IMG/VR virus record: IMGVR_UViG_3300050581_000202
Length of the DNA: 64,000 nt
Reading direction: 5' to 3' (one strand)
Source of the DNA: a virus
Lineage: Duplodnaviria; Heunggongvirae; Uroviricota; Caudoviricetes
Shown piece by piece: positions 7,920 to 16,524 of this stretch (the stretch's first letter is position 1; each line of letters begins with the position of its first letter). The notes under the pieces are model-generated. The model had not been told where the DNA came from. It was given only the letters and a program-made list of their open reading frames with translations, and made no database searches. The position numbers were made by a program, and so were the translations under genes.

Positions 7920-9062
7920 TCACTCGGCGTCTCTCCGTCGCCAATACCGAGCCTCTTTGGGAACGCCGTCATCGGTCAGTTCGCGGTACTTGAACGTGAC
8001 CGTCTGGCCCTTCTTGAATTGCTTGCCTTCGACCCAATAAGGAGTGTCGATGCCGGGGTTGTTGATGGCCCAATCGCGGGCCATTGGGTCGGCGAATTCC
8101 CGCTCGGTGTCGGTCAGGCCCGCCAGTTCCAATCGCTTGCCTTGGTAGTCCACGATCAGGGCACCGATCCTTCCCAAGAGCCGGCTGCCTTTGGCAGTCT
8201 CACGTCCGCTGGTGAAGCCCGTGACGCGGGCCTCTGCGTCCTGGAACGGCTTGTACTTGAGAATGGACCTGTGGCGTTTCGGCGTCCAAATGGAGTCAGG
8301 ATTGCGAATGACCACGCCTTCGCCGCCCTGATCCAGGACTCGTCCCAGGTACGCTTCCACCTGGTCGCCGGCCGCATCGGGAACGTCGATCAGCTTCGTC
8401 TGCGGATGGAGGTAGCAGACCGAGGCGTCGGTGTTCTCCAAGGCCGTATTGAGGATGGCCAATTCCTTGCCGAAGGGCTGGCCGGGTTGCAGAAAGCGGA
8501 AGTCGTCGCCAAGGCAGCGCTTCGGATGGGGCACGCCCTCGAATCGCTCGCCTCGGGAGTTGAGCCGCTGTCTGATCCACGCCTCGATGGTGAAGTAATC
8601 GACGTTGCAGACCATATTGGCGTTCTTGATCTGCCCGGTGCCAAAGACGCATCCGAGTGGCGGGCTGGAATAGACGGCGAAGACGATCTTGTCGAAGCGG
8701 TCGTCGGGTGTGTCGCCGCCGCAGATCGACCGGCAGAGTTGGAACTTGCCCCGTCCCGCCCACAATTCGCCATCCAAGGGACAGCAGGGAAGCTGATTGA
8801 GCCACCAGTCCGGGGCCATGATAGGATTGCCGTAGCGGCTCCACAGCCCGGTCGCTACGGGCTTGATCTTCGCCTTCTTCTGACCCGTCTTGGGGTCGAT
8901 GATCGAGGCCCAGGGCACCTCCTCGGTGGGCAGGCCACGGGTCACGCCGCCGTCCCAGAAACAGCGGGTGCCATCCAGCTTTTCCGACACAAACCAGCCC
9001 GCCACGTTATGCTTGCGCGGGTCGTAATGATCGGCCAGTTGCAGAAATTCGCGTCGCGCCAT
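7920..9062 (-). CDS. ATP-dependent DNA ligase
   Basis: Start MARREFLQLADHY at the ATG 9060-9062. The KxDG adenylation motif is present (SEKLDGTRC), along with GEGVVIRNP and ILKYK. The upstream 46 codons of the ORF are Arg/Gly-rich junk. Confidence 0.8.
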   Translation of the reverse strand: MARREFLQLADHYDPRKHNVAGWFVSEKLDGTRCFWDGGVTRGLPTEEVPWASIIDPKTGQKKAKIKPVATGLWSRYGNPIMAPDWWLNQLPCCPLDGELWAGRGKFQLCRSICGGDTPDDRFDKIVFAVYSSPPLGCVFGTGQIKNANMVCNVDYFTIEAWIRQRLNSRGERFEGVPHPKRCLGDDFRFLQPGQPFGKELAILNTALENTDASVCYLHPQTKLIDVPDAAGDQVEAYLGRVLDQGGEGVVIRNPDSIWTPKRHRSILKYKPFQDAEARVTGFTSGRETAKGSRLLGRIGALIVDYQGKRLELAGLTDTEREFADPMARDWAINNPGIDTPYWVEGKQFKKGQTVTFKYRELTDDGVPKEARYWRRRDAE

Positions 9063-9229
9063 CAGTAACACCTGTCCGAAAGCAGGGATCGGAGGAGCAG
9101 TTCCACGTCGGCAGTCCGCCGCGTGCGGACCCGTCGCTCGACTGCCACGGGCCGGCTGTAGACCGTCAGGCCGGGCCACCACGCGGCCCGCTCCACCCAA
9201 TCAGCCGGAATGAAGTCAACGGCGTGCAT
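9063..9229 (-). CDS. small hypothetical protein (55 aa)
   Basis: Not in the ORF track. MHAVDFIPADWVERAAWWPGLTVYSRPVAVERRVRTRRTADVELLLRSLLSDRCY*. Its stop overlaps the ligase ATG as TGATG, and a GAGGTG RBS lies 9 nt upstream. Confidence 0.3.
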
Positions 9230-9253
9230 GTACGTGTCACCTCACAAGCTGCG

Positions 9254-9862
9254 TTAGTCTCTCCGCTGGGAGATCGTAAATCCGGGTGACTTCTGGAGTG
9301 CCGCCGCGAGTTTTTCCTCCAGATACAAGCGGGGGTCTAAAGCCCAAAGGTCATTCCAGGGCCTTGGGACGGTGATGGCGTGGCCACCGTTGGCCTCGAA
9401 CCGCTCGATGTTTTCGCCGTAGTCGTCGATCAGCAGGGAGTCGGGACGAGCGAAAAGGTGCTTCCGGGGCGTGATGGCGTACTGCCGGTGCATCCACTCG
9501 GGAAAGTGGTCGTGAATCCACTCCAGCTTTCCCGCCAGGCAGTCGGGGTCTTTCGTCGGCGAGGTGGCGATGCAGACGTTCTCGCGGCCAACGGCTTGCG
9601 CGCAGGCGTCCAAGAGCCAAGGGAAGAAGTCGGACTCCGGCACCTTGATCCAGACGGAGCGCGGGATCGACGCCCAGAGCGTGGCCGGGGTGTAGCGCGG
9701 CCCACCCAACATGGCGTTGGCGGCGTCCGAGATATTGAAGCCATGCGCACGCGGATAGCGCGCATAGTCGCTCGGGCCGATGTTGCCGCCGACCGAGTGC
9801 AGCACGAACGGTGCCAGCGTATTGCACACGTCGTCCAAGTCCAGGAAGATGCGCCGGATCAT
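9254..9862 (-). CDS. HAD-superfamily 5'(3')-deoxyribonucleotidase-like protein
   Basis: N-terminal IFLDLDDVCN (HAD DxDxV motif, as in NT5C-type deoxynucleotidases), about 200 aa long. Confidence 0.55.
   Translation of the reverse strand: MIRRIFLDLDDVCNTLAPFVLHSVGGNIGPSDYARYPRAHGFNISDAANAMLGGPRYTPATLWASIPRSVWIKVPESDFFPWLLDACAQAVGRENVCIATSPTKDPDCLAGKLEWIHDHFPEWMHRQYAITPRKHLFARPDSLLIDDYGENIERFEANGGHAITVPRPWNDLWALDPRLYLEEKLAAALQKSPGFTISQRRD
9258..9300 (-). repeat. conserved ~42-bp element, copy 2
   Basis: TCTCTCCGCTGGGAGATCG-N13-CTTCTGGAGTG. Overlaps the last 14 codons of the nucleotidase gene and lies ~29 nt upstream of the small ORF start at 9229. Confidence 0.8.
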
Positions 9863-10542
9863 TCGTTGCGCAGGGCCTCCAGCTTGCGCTGCACGCGGGC
9901 GTCAATTTGCTTGGACATCCGTTGCACGGCCATGCGGGATTTGCCAATGGCGGTCCCAATCTCAACGAGCGTGTGGCCCGCTTCCCGCATGGCAACAAGC
10001 GTCCGCTCGTCTTCACCGGCGCAACACGAGTCGATCAGATCGCGGATTTCCAGTTCCTCTTGGTAGGAGGGAACCTCGAACCGCTCGGGGATGGCGTTGC
10101 AGACCTCGGGTGCTTCAAGCTCTTGACCATTCGCACGGGCGCGATACTTGGAACGAGCAGGCAGCCGGATGGTGTGTTCTGCGTCAACCAATTCTCCAAG
10201 TTCACGATTGATCCACATGCCAATGAAATCAGTTGGCGCAACGGGATCAGTGTTGCGCGGCCCCTCGCCGCGGGCCATCTTGTTGACCGCTTTGACCAGG
10301 CCGACGCATCCGGCGCTGACCAAATCATCGCGGAGATGTGCAATACTTGGGAACGAGCGGATGAAGGCTTCCACCTTCGAGAGGACCAACGGCATGTTGC
10401 CGCTAATCATGGTCTCTCGGGCCTTCTTGTCGCCGGCCGCAACGCGCGGGTGCAAGTCGGCGTTCTTCTCAGCCGTCCATGTCTCGCTGTTGGTCGCACG
10501 GTGCAGACCGGCAACTAGCTTTTCGTTGTACTGGTTACTCAC
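9859..10542 (-). CDS. sigma-70 family (ECF-like) RNA polymerase sigma factor
   Basis: Region 2 is DLHPRVAAGDKKARETMISGNMPLVLSKV...LVSAGCVGLVKAVNKM; the region 4 HTH is LVEIGTAIGKSRMAVQRMSKQ. The likely GTG start at 10540-10542 overlaps the upstream stop. The Ala/Thr/Pro-rich N-terminal 54 codons of the ORF were rejected. Confidence 0.7.
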   Translation of the reverse strand: MSNQYNEKLVAGLHRATNSETWTAEKNADLHPRVAAGDKKARETMISGNMPLVLSKVEAFIRSFPSIAHLRDDLVSAGCVGLVKAVNKMARGEGPRNTDPVAPTDFIGMWINRELGELVDAEHTIRLPARSKYRARANGQELEAPEVCNAIPERFEVPSYQEELEIRDLIDSCCAGEDERTLVAMREAGHTLVEIGTAIGKSRMAVQRMSKQIDARVQRKLEALRNE

Positions 10543-11032
10543 GGGTGCGCTCTCCAACGGGGTCAATCCGCCAGGCACAGCGGGTGTAGAACTGGTGGGC
10601 CTCGCAGGCGAGGCGGGAGTAGTCGTAGACCGACCCCTTGGGGTCGCAGATGCGCCCGTGGTCGTAGGCGACAACATGGCCGAAGCGCGCGCCGCGGCCG
10701 TCAATCACGCCACGACTCGCCCGGATCGTCTCCTCGAACCGCCGCCAGTTGTTGTTCGCATAGAGCACCGTCTTGTGCGGCCCACCTTCCGTGGGTTGCA
10801 GGACGGGGAACAGTTCCACCGGCGTGACGGCGAACCCGCGGGCCAGGGCGACTTGGATTGGCTCTTGGATGTGGAAGCACCGCCGGCGCAGCGGCTCGGA
10901 CAGACTGGGGAAGACGATCTCGCTGCCGTCGTGGCCAATGGCCGCGAGCAGATCGGCGACGGGCATATCCAAGGCCATTGCGAAGGCCAGAGGCATACAC
11001 ATCCACGGCTCGGGACGTTGTTGTAGTTCCAT
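10535..11032 (-). CDS. hypothetical protein (possible papain-like Cys/His peptidase)
   Basis: 165 aa with protein-like composition. Has an N-terminal Cys (WMCMPLAFAM) and a C-terminal His (FGHVVAYDHG). Confidence 0.3.
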   Translation of the reverse strand: MELQQRPEPWMCMPLAFAMALDMPVADLLAAIGHDGSEIVFPSLSEPLRRRCFHIQEPIQVALARGFAVTPVELFPVLQPTEGGPHKTVLYANNNWRRFEETIRASRGVIDGRGARFGHVVAYDHGRICDPKGSVYDYSRLACEAHQFYTRCAWRIDPVGERTRE

Positions 11033-11089
11033 AGGCGCAGGGTTTCTCCGCAGTTGGCGGTTCTTAGCGGGTTGAAGAGAGACGACGGG

Positions 11090-11488
11090 CTACCAGCCTT
11101 CGCGGTCTAGCTCGTCCAGCAGGGCGTCGATGTCAGGAACCTGACCCCAGGACGCCTTCCAGTAGTTGCGCCAGTTGGGCGGCGCGAACAGTTTGTCGTA
11201 TTCTTCTTGTGTCGCGGCCGTGAGTATCCAGATGCCGATGCCGAAGGCTTCCCATACGGGCCATTTCAGCTTTTGGGCCTTGGTGAAGCTGTAGTTGTTT
11301 CCCGGCCGCTTCACGTCGATCCATCGCTGGCCCCATTTGGGATGCGCGACGAACAGGTCGGGTATGCCCATCTGGAAGGCGTTGCCGATCATCCGCTCGA
11401 CGTGCCAGTCTCGAATCTTGAGGTAGGCCATCAGCGCTTGCTGGATGTGCCACTCTTGGCTGTGCTTTGGCCGGCGGATGTCACCCAC
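11090..11488 (-). CDS. VRR-NUC domain nuclease
   Basis: GIPDLFVAHPKWGQRWIDVKRPG...FTKAQKLK matches the VRR-NUC pattern. The likely GTG start at 11486-11488 overlaps the polA TAG (TAGTG); an alternative ATG is at 11429-11431. The ORF N-terminus is junk. Confidence 0.55.
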   Translation of the reverse strand: MGDIRRPKHSQEWHIQQALMAYLKIRDWHVERMIGNAFQMGIPDLFVAHPKWGQRWIDVKRPGNNYSFTKAQKLKWPVWEAFGIGIWILTAATQEEYDKLFAPPNWRNYWKASWGQVPDIDALLDELDREGW

Positions 11489-13989
11489 TACTTCATCATC
11501 TCCGGCGCTCTGATCTTGACCTGCGTGGCTCCCGACTTCTTCTCCGCCCAGTTGTTCATCCCCTCGCACCAGTCCATGCCGATCAGCGGCACGTAGGGAC
11601 GGAAATGCTCGACGGAATCCCGGACCACCTCCGTGACACTCGAAACCGTGTCCGGCCGGGTGACGCACATGATCTCGTCGTGGATATTCATGGGGGCGAC
11701 GTGCCAGTCATGGACGCCCACCGGCTGCAAGTCCCAAATCTTGCGCTGGACGTGCTTCGTGATTTCAGCGCCGGGCGATTGGATTTCGTGGTTTGCCGCT
11801 GCCCGCATGTTGGCCGCCTGCATCGAGAACGCCGCGCCGTAGAGGGCCGAGGAGACGGCACCGCCGGCCGTCTGCACGCGGTCGCGGCGGACGACCTTGA
11901 CTTTGCAGTCCTTCCAGTGCTTTGGTGTGTTGCGGGCCAAGTCGAAGATCGCGCGGGCGATGCGGTTCTCCAACGTGAAGTAGCGGCGGAATCCCAGCAT
12001 GGTCTCGGCGTAGTCGGCAGGGTCTTTCCAGACCACCTTCGTGCCGATGCCAGCCGGCTGGGTCATGGAGCAGAACGAATCGGCGACCCGCTTGCGCCAT
12101 CGCTTGACGCCCACGAACCGGCTACCAAAGTTCTCGATGGCCGCTTTGGCGACTTCTTCGCTAATGCCCAAACGGTTGACCAGCGTGCTATGGTCGCCGC
12201 CGTAGAGCATTGTGCCGAAGAAGCCCTGCTTGCCCTTCGTGTACATATCGTTGGTCGTGCTGCCGTCGCTCGACTTGACCTCTTCGTAAGTCGTGCCGGG
12301 GAAGATCGCCATGCCGAACAGGGCGTGAATCTTCCGGCCAGCAATCAACTCGGCGCGTAGTGCCTCGTCGTTGCACACGGCGTCGGCGATTGTCACCTCG
12401 AAGGAACTGAAGTCGCCGCCGCAGAGCAGATACCCGTTCCAGGCCAAGGGGAACGTCTGCCGGACTTCCTTGGTGTGCTTGATGCCCTGGGCATTCAGGC
12501 CATCCGCTCCGGCCATGCGGGACGAGAGGGCACCAATCACGACAAACGAGGCATGGAACTTGCCGGCCAAGAGCAACTTGTCGTATAGCTCGATTTCCTT
12601 GGCGGCGAACTTGACGCCGAGGATCTCCTTGGCACGGACGCCGGCCGGATGCCGGCCCACCTTCAGGCAGCCCGTGCCGCCGCAGCGTGCGCAATGCGCG
12701 TCGTCGCCCTGACACTTGCCGCACGGCTCTGACTCGCCGACGTAGCAGGCACCCTTGCACTCGGGGCAGGTGTCCGTTTCCTCGTGCAGATGGCCCTTGC
12801 CCTTGCACCTCGGGCACAACTGGCCGACCCCCCATTTGCTGATCGCTTCGAGGTTGGCCTTCTTCGTGGAGGTGTCGAGAATCAAGTGCTCGGTGCCATC
12901 CATCGCGGCCGTGATGTAGGCCCGGACCTCGCCCGGCTTGTTGATGTTCACCGGGCTGGCAGCCACCGTGGCTTCGGCCTTCGCCTTTAGGGCCTCGATC
13001 CCTTCGCGGTCGATCGTGAAGCCGTGCCAGCGGACGGCCGCCACCATGCAGGTCAGGGTCGAGTCGTTGTCCCCCGGCTCGGGGCAGCCGAAGTGCTTGT
13101 CCAGCGCCCGCGTATAAACGATGTCGTCGGTGGCGTACTCGCGGGCGTCCTGGCGGGTCGCCCAATGGTCAATGAACTGCCGAATCACGCCAGGCCAGGC
13201 ATACTTCGTGACTCTCTTGCCGGTGCCGCCCTCTTCGTCAGTTTCAATCGCCCAGCCCTTTTCGAGAGTGGACACGGCCAGGGCTGTGGGCGCATAGCCC
13301 AACTCGTAGGGTCGCCAGGCCGGGGGCGGCTCCACGTCCTTGTAGTGATACTTGGGCTTGAGCTTCAGGGCGTGCTCGGCGAGAAATTTGAGGCCGCCAG
13401 CCGGATTGAACTTCAAGACGACATCCTTGAACTCCGTGTCCAGATCGCCGAATGAATCGTGGCGGTCGAAGACCTGCCACTTGGGAGCTTCCGGGTCGGC
13501 CGAGCGGGCGAAGTAGATGTTGTCAAACTGGACGCGGGCCTCCAACTCGCGGGCCAGGGCATAGGCCAGCGCCGTGGGCACTCGCTTGATCCTGACATCC
13601 TCACGGGCCATGAGCGACTGGTAGGGGCCTTTGCGGCTGTGGAGCATCAGGTCCAGGACCGCTGCCGGCTTGATGCACGGGCCATCCTGTCCCTGGGGCT
13701 CCAGCATGGCGATCTCGTCGATGTGCTCTTGGGGTATCCAGTCCGGGTCACAGAGGCGGAAGGTCGTGTAGATTTTGCAGACGTGGAACCAGTCGAAGGA
13801 CAGGTTGAAGCCCACGACCGTGTGCTGGCATATCCACTCGATCAGCGCCAGCGTTTCGCGGATCGGCCTCCGCCAGACCTCGTACAGGACAACAGGGCCG
13901 TCTTCCACGGCGTACTGCAACAGCACCATCATGCTGTGCAACCCGCAGGTCTCCGTATCGAGGTAGAGTTTCGGCGGATGCTCGCTCAT
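11488..13989 (-). CDS. family A DNA polymerase (PolI-like, with 3'-5' exonuclease domain)
   Basis: LYLDTETCGL (Exo I), KGKQGFFGTMLYGG (motif B region) and NIHDEIMCV (motif C). A Cys-rich insertion is present: CPRCKGKGHLHEETDTCPECKG...CGKCQGDDAHCARCGGTGC. Confidence 0.9.
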   Translation of the reverse strand: MSEHPPKLYLDTETCGLHSMMVLLQYAVEDGPVVLYEVWRRPIRETLALIEWICQHTVVGFNLSFDWFHVCKIYTTFRLCDPDWIPQEHIDEIAMLEPQGQDGPCIKPAAVLDLMLHSRKGPYQSLMAREDVRIKRVPTALAYALARELEARVQFDNIYFARSADPEAPKWQVFDRHDSFGDLDTEFKDVVLKFNPAGGLKFLAEHALKLKPKYHYKDVEPPPAWRPYELGYAPTALAVSTLEKGWAIETDEEGGTGKRVTKYAWPGVIRQFIDHWATRQDAREYATDDIVYTRALDKHFGCPEPGDNDSTLTCMVAAVRWHGFTIDREGIEALKAKAEATVAASPVNINKPGEVRAYITAAMDGTEHLILDTSTKKANLEAISKWGVGQLCPRCKGKGHLHEETDTCPECKGACYVGESEPCGKCQGDDAHCARCGGTGCLKVGRHPAGVRAKEILGVKFAAKEIELYDKLLLAGKFHASFVVIGALSSRMAGADGLNAQGIKHTKEVRQTFPLAWNGYLLCGGDFSSFEVTIADAVCNDEALRAELIAGRKIHALFGMAIFPGTTYEEVKSSDGSTTNDMYTKGKQGFFGTMLYGGDHSTLVNRLGISEEVAKAAIENFGSRFVGVKRWRKRVADSFCSMTQPAGIGTKVVWKDPADYAETMLGFRRYFTLENRIARAIFDLARNTPKHWKDCKVKVVRRDRVQTAGGAVSSALYGAAFSMQAANMRAAANHEIQSPGAEITKHVQRKIWDLQPVGVHDWHVAPMNIHDEIMCVTRPDTVSSVTEVVRDSVEHFRPYVPLIGMDWCEGMNNWAEKKSGATQVKIRAPEMMK

Positions 13990-14349
13990 TCAGAAGACCT
14001 CGTAGGACCAACGGCTGCCATCTTCGTGCTTCCCGCTTACGCTGGCGGCCGTGACCGGCTTCGTGCGGTAGAGGCCATTGCGGAACCGTATTTCCAGGGT
14101 GAGCCCTTTGCCGATCCAGGAGGGGATCGGTGCTGCCGGACTCGACCAATGGAAGCCGTGAAGCACTTGCCCCACGGTGGCAATCCGCAGTGCCGGATCG
14201 CTGGAACTGATCTCCACAATGCCGTGGATCGGGTACATGACCCGCATCTCATAGAGATAGGGGTCAGCCTCCAAGAGGATGGTGGCATCCGCCTTCAGTT
14301 TGCGTATGTCGATCCCCGGCTCAGCCGGCGGCTTGATCGGCGTGCTCAT
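13990..14349 (-). CDS. hypothetical protein
   Basis: Start MSTPIKPPAEPG (ATG 14347-14349), 7 nt after the ParB-like stop. 119 aa. Its stop abuts the polA ATG (TGAATG). Confidence 0.4.
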   Translation of the reverse strand: MSTPIKPPAEPGIDIRKLKADATILLEADPYLYEMRVMYPIHGIVEISSSDPALRIATVGQVLHGFHWSSPAAPIPSWIGKGLTLEIRFRNGLYRTKPVTAASVSGKHEDGSRWSYEVF

Positions 14350-14356
14350 CAAGATG

Positions 14357-15181
14357 TCACTCCGCTGGGAGATCGGGAAGTCTCGCGCTTTCTGGAGTCG
14401 CCGCCTCAATTTCTTTCAGCAATGTCTCGTCAGAGACCTGACCGGCGCACCACGCGGCCACACGGGGCGGCAGGCCGCTGATGCCAACGGCCAACATCCG
14501 TTCGATCATGCGGTTGATTTCTTCGCGCGGCCGGACACTGCGGCGGCGTTTATACGTTCTGGCAAGACCCGGCAGGAACTTCCCCTTGCCGCGCTGCCGC
14601 GCCTCGGCGATCTTGTCGGCAGCGGCGATCTGCTCGTCGGCCGACTCGATTCCTGCCAGCGTGTCCAGGTTCCACTGCGAAAGCAGACCAGCAGCGGCCT
14701 TCTGTTGAATGGCCTCGGGCATCCGCAACAGCCGCACGCGGACCCAGACCCATCGCGTGTCCCGCTTTAGCTCGCGGGCCGCCTCCCGCACGCTCGCCCC
14801 GTGGGGATAGAGGTTCTGGATCGCACGGGCCTCTTCCAGGATGTTCAGGCTCTTGCGTTGCAGGTTCTCGACCAGATTCAGCATCCGGGCTTCATGGTCG
14901 CTCAAGCCCTCGCAGACGTAGGAGGGAATCTCCGTCCATTTCAGGAACTCGGTCACGGCCCGGAAGCGGCGGTGCCCGACGATCAGGCGGTACTGGCAGC
15001 CGGGTTCCTCCGTCCAAGGCTGGATGGCGACCGGGCAGATCAGCCGCCCTGCCTGGGCGATGCTCTCGGCCAGTTCTCTGACGGATTGCAGTGTGAACTC
15101 GCCACGACAGTTGAAGGTGGCGTCACAGTAAATGGTCGCCGCCGGGACGGGATATGCCTGGTACTGTTCCAGCGGTTTCAT
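14357..15181 (-). CDS. ParB/sulfiredoxin-like nuclease domain protein
   Basis: Start MKPLEQYQAY (ATG 15179-15181, ATGA overlap with the upstream gene). Contains the ParB N-domain motif RLIVGHRRFRAV. Confidence 0.6.
   Translation of the reverse strand: MKPLEQYQAYPVPAATIYCDATFNCRGEFTLQSVRELAESIAQAGRLICPVAIQPWTEEPGCQYRLIVGHRRFRAVTEFLKWTEIPSYVCEGLSDHEARMLNLVENLQRKSLNILEEARAIQNLYPHGASVREAARELKRDTRWVWVRVRLLRMPEAIQQKAAAGLLSQWNLDTLAGIESADEQIAAADKIAEARQRGKGKFLPGLARTYKRRRSVRPREEINRMIERMLAVGISGLPPRVAAWCAGQVSDETLLKEIEAATPESARLPDLPAE
14358..14399 (-). repeat. conserved ~42-bp element, copy 3
   Basis: CACTCCGCTGGGAGATCG-N13-TTTCTGGAGTC. Overlaps the ParB-like C-terminus and lies 9 nt upstream of the start at 14349. 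Confidence 0.8.
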
Positions 15182-15978
15182 CGCAAGGCACGGGAAAAAA
15201 GCGCAGGCCGGTTGCTGGGCAGCCATTCCCAGACGGCTGCGCTGCCGTCGTCGTTGATCCGCACGAAAGTATCGTTCGTCCTTGCCCAAGTCCCAGTGTT
15301 GAAGTGGTAGTCGCCGATCGAGCCCGGCTCGTGCGTGTGACCGTAGACCACCACGTCCGCCCCAGCCTCCTTGCGATACGCTTCTACGCCATCAAGCATT
15401 TCATCCATGCGGCCGTGCTGAAGGGTCAACTTCCGCCAGAGGGTCAAGGCCCCTTCCAACGTGCCGACGAACTGATCTTCCACGGCACGATGATTCGTCG
15501 AAAACGGCCCCCGATTGCGGTCTTCCAACAGGCCGGAAATGATCGCGGTGATCTCGCCGGTGCCGGGGTTGGCGTCGCGGCAATACGGGTCGGACTCGTG
15601 CCCGTGGAGGAAGGCAAACCGCCGACCGCCGATGGTCGCCTCGAAGGCCCTGGACATGGCGGGCAACGTAAGCCCCTGCAATTTGATCTGGGTGCCGATG
15701 AAGTCGATCAAGGCGTTGTCGTGGTTGCCGACTACCCACAAGGCCCCGAGCGGACCCATGTGTGCCATACGTGCCAGCAGGTCTTGATAGGCGCGAATCG
15801 ACCGGCTCAGGTTGACTTGCCACCAATCGAACAGATCGCCCAGGATATAGAGGAGGCCGCCTTCGGTCTCCACGTAATCCAGGAACTTGTGGAAGCGGAC
15901 CTCGCGGCCCTCCGCCGCGAAGTTATCGCGGTAGCCCCGGTCGCACAGATGCAAGTCGCTCACGCAGAAGATGGACAT
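15178..15978 (-). CDS. calcineurin-like metallophosphoesterase
   Basis: CVSDLHL, ILGDLFDWW, GNHD, LHGHE and GHTHEP motifs. Confidence 0.7.
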   Translation of the reverse strand: MSIFCVSDLHLCDRGYRDNFAAEGREVRFHKFLDYVETEGGLLYILGDLFDWWQVNLSRSIRAYQDLLARMAHMGPLGALWVVGNHDNALIDFIGTQIKLQGLTLPAMSRAFEATIGGRRFAFLHGHESDPYCRDANPGTGEITAIISGLLEDRNRGPFSTNHRAVEDQFVGTLEGALTLWRKLTLQHGRMDEMLDGVEAYRKEAGADVVVYGHTHEPGSIGDYHFNTGTWARTNDTFVRINDDGSAAVWEWLPSNRPALFSRALR

Positions 15979-16017
15979 GGGCTTTCTCCAGAATTGAGAC
16001 TGTAGCGGCCGAGGTCG

Positions 16018-16203
16018 TCACGCATGGCCTTCTCCCGCATAGCGGTGCCACAATCGGTTCAAGGTCTCTTCGATTCCATAGAGCGAGTAGACAAGCGTGT
16101 GTGGCTCGCCGAAGGCGAACAGCAGACGGTAGACGCATTGCGGATCGTCGCGCATCCCGACGTACCGATTGCGATGCACCAGGACACGTTCCTGTCCATC
16201 CAC
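16018..16203 (-). CDS. hypothetical small protein (possible gene remnant)
   Basis: 61-aa ORF next to an integrase remnant. No family recognised. Confidence 0.2.
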   Translation of the reverse strand: MDGQERVLVHRNRYVGMRDDPQCVYRLLFAFGEPHTLVYSLYGIEETLNRLWHRYAGEGHA

Positions 16204-16212
16204 CGGACCTCC

Positions 16213-16295
16213 TTATGTGGCGCAGCCAGTTATGTGGCGTCCAACACGAATCGTCCGGGATTCCAGGGGTCGTTGCTGTGCTGGACGCCACATAA
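16213..16295. repeat. direct plus inverted repeats (TTATGTGGCG x2; TTATGTGGCGTCC / GGACGCCACATAA) next to the integrase remnant
   Basis: TTATGTGGCG occurs at 16213-16222 and 16230-16239. A 13-bp perfect inverted copy GGACGCCACATAA lies at 16283-16295. Confidence 0.6.
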
Positions 16296-16303
16296 TGTCG
16301 GTT

Positions 16304-16524
16304 CTACAGGCTTCGCAGAAACTCCATGATTCCTCGATTCTTGCGCCAAGGCTTCTTCGGCTTGCCGCCCTTGATTTCGCACTTCACAAGTGCCTTGGCC
16401 TTCATTTTCAGATCGACTTCTGCATACACGTTGGTCGTGCTGAGGCATACATGACCCAGCCACGCTCGAATCGTGTTGATGTCCACGCTGGCTCGAAGCA
16501 GGTGGGTCGCCGCGCCTCGCAGGT
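16304..16524 (-). pseudogene. tyrosine recombinase (phage integrase) C-terminal remnant
   Basis: The frame translates ...THLLRASVDINTIRAWLGHVCLSTTNVYAEVDLKMKAKALVKCEI..., which is the canonical integrase C-terminus containing the catalytic Tyr (NVYAEV). An in-frame stop lies immediately upstream at 16525-16527. Only ~70 aa of the ~350 expected are present. Confidence 0.65.

Noticed and set aside
6620-9068. Long plus-strand ORFs 6620..7570 (316 aa) and 7812..9068 (418 aa).
   Set aside because: They lie antisense to well-supported minus-strand genes (Fe-S protein, ligase). Their composition is Arg/Ala/Gly/His-rich with no motifs, which is typical of high-GC antisense frames.
12188-13165. Minus-strand ORF 12188..13165 (325 aa) and ORF 11765..12100 inside the polymerase gene. 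Similar alternate-frame ORFs occur inside the fibre paralogs (40239..41477, 36766..37233, 41669..42166).
   Set aside because: They are alternate frames of verified genes, with Arg/Gly/Pro-rich composition.
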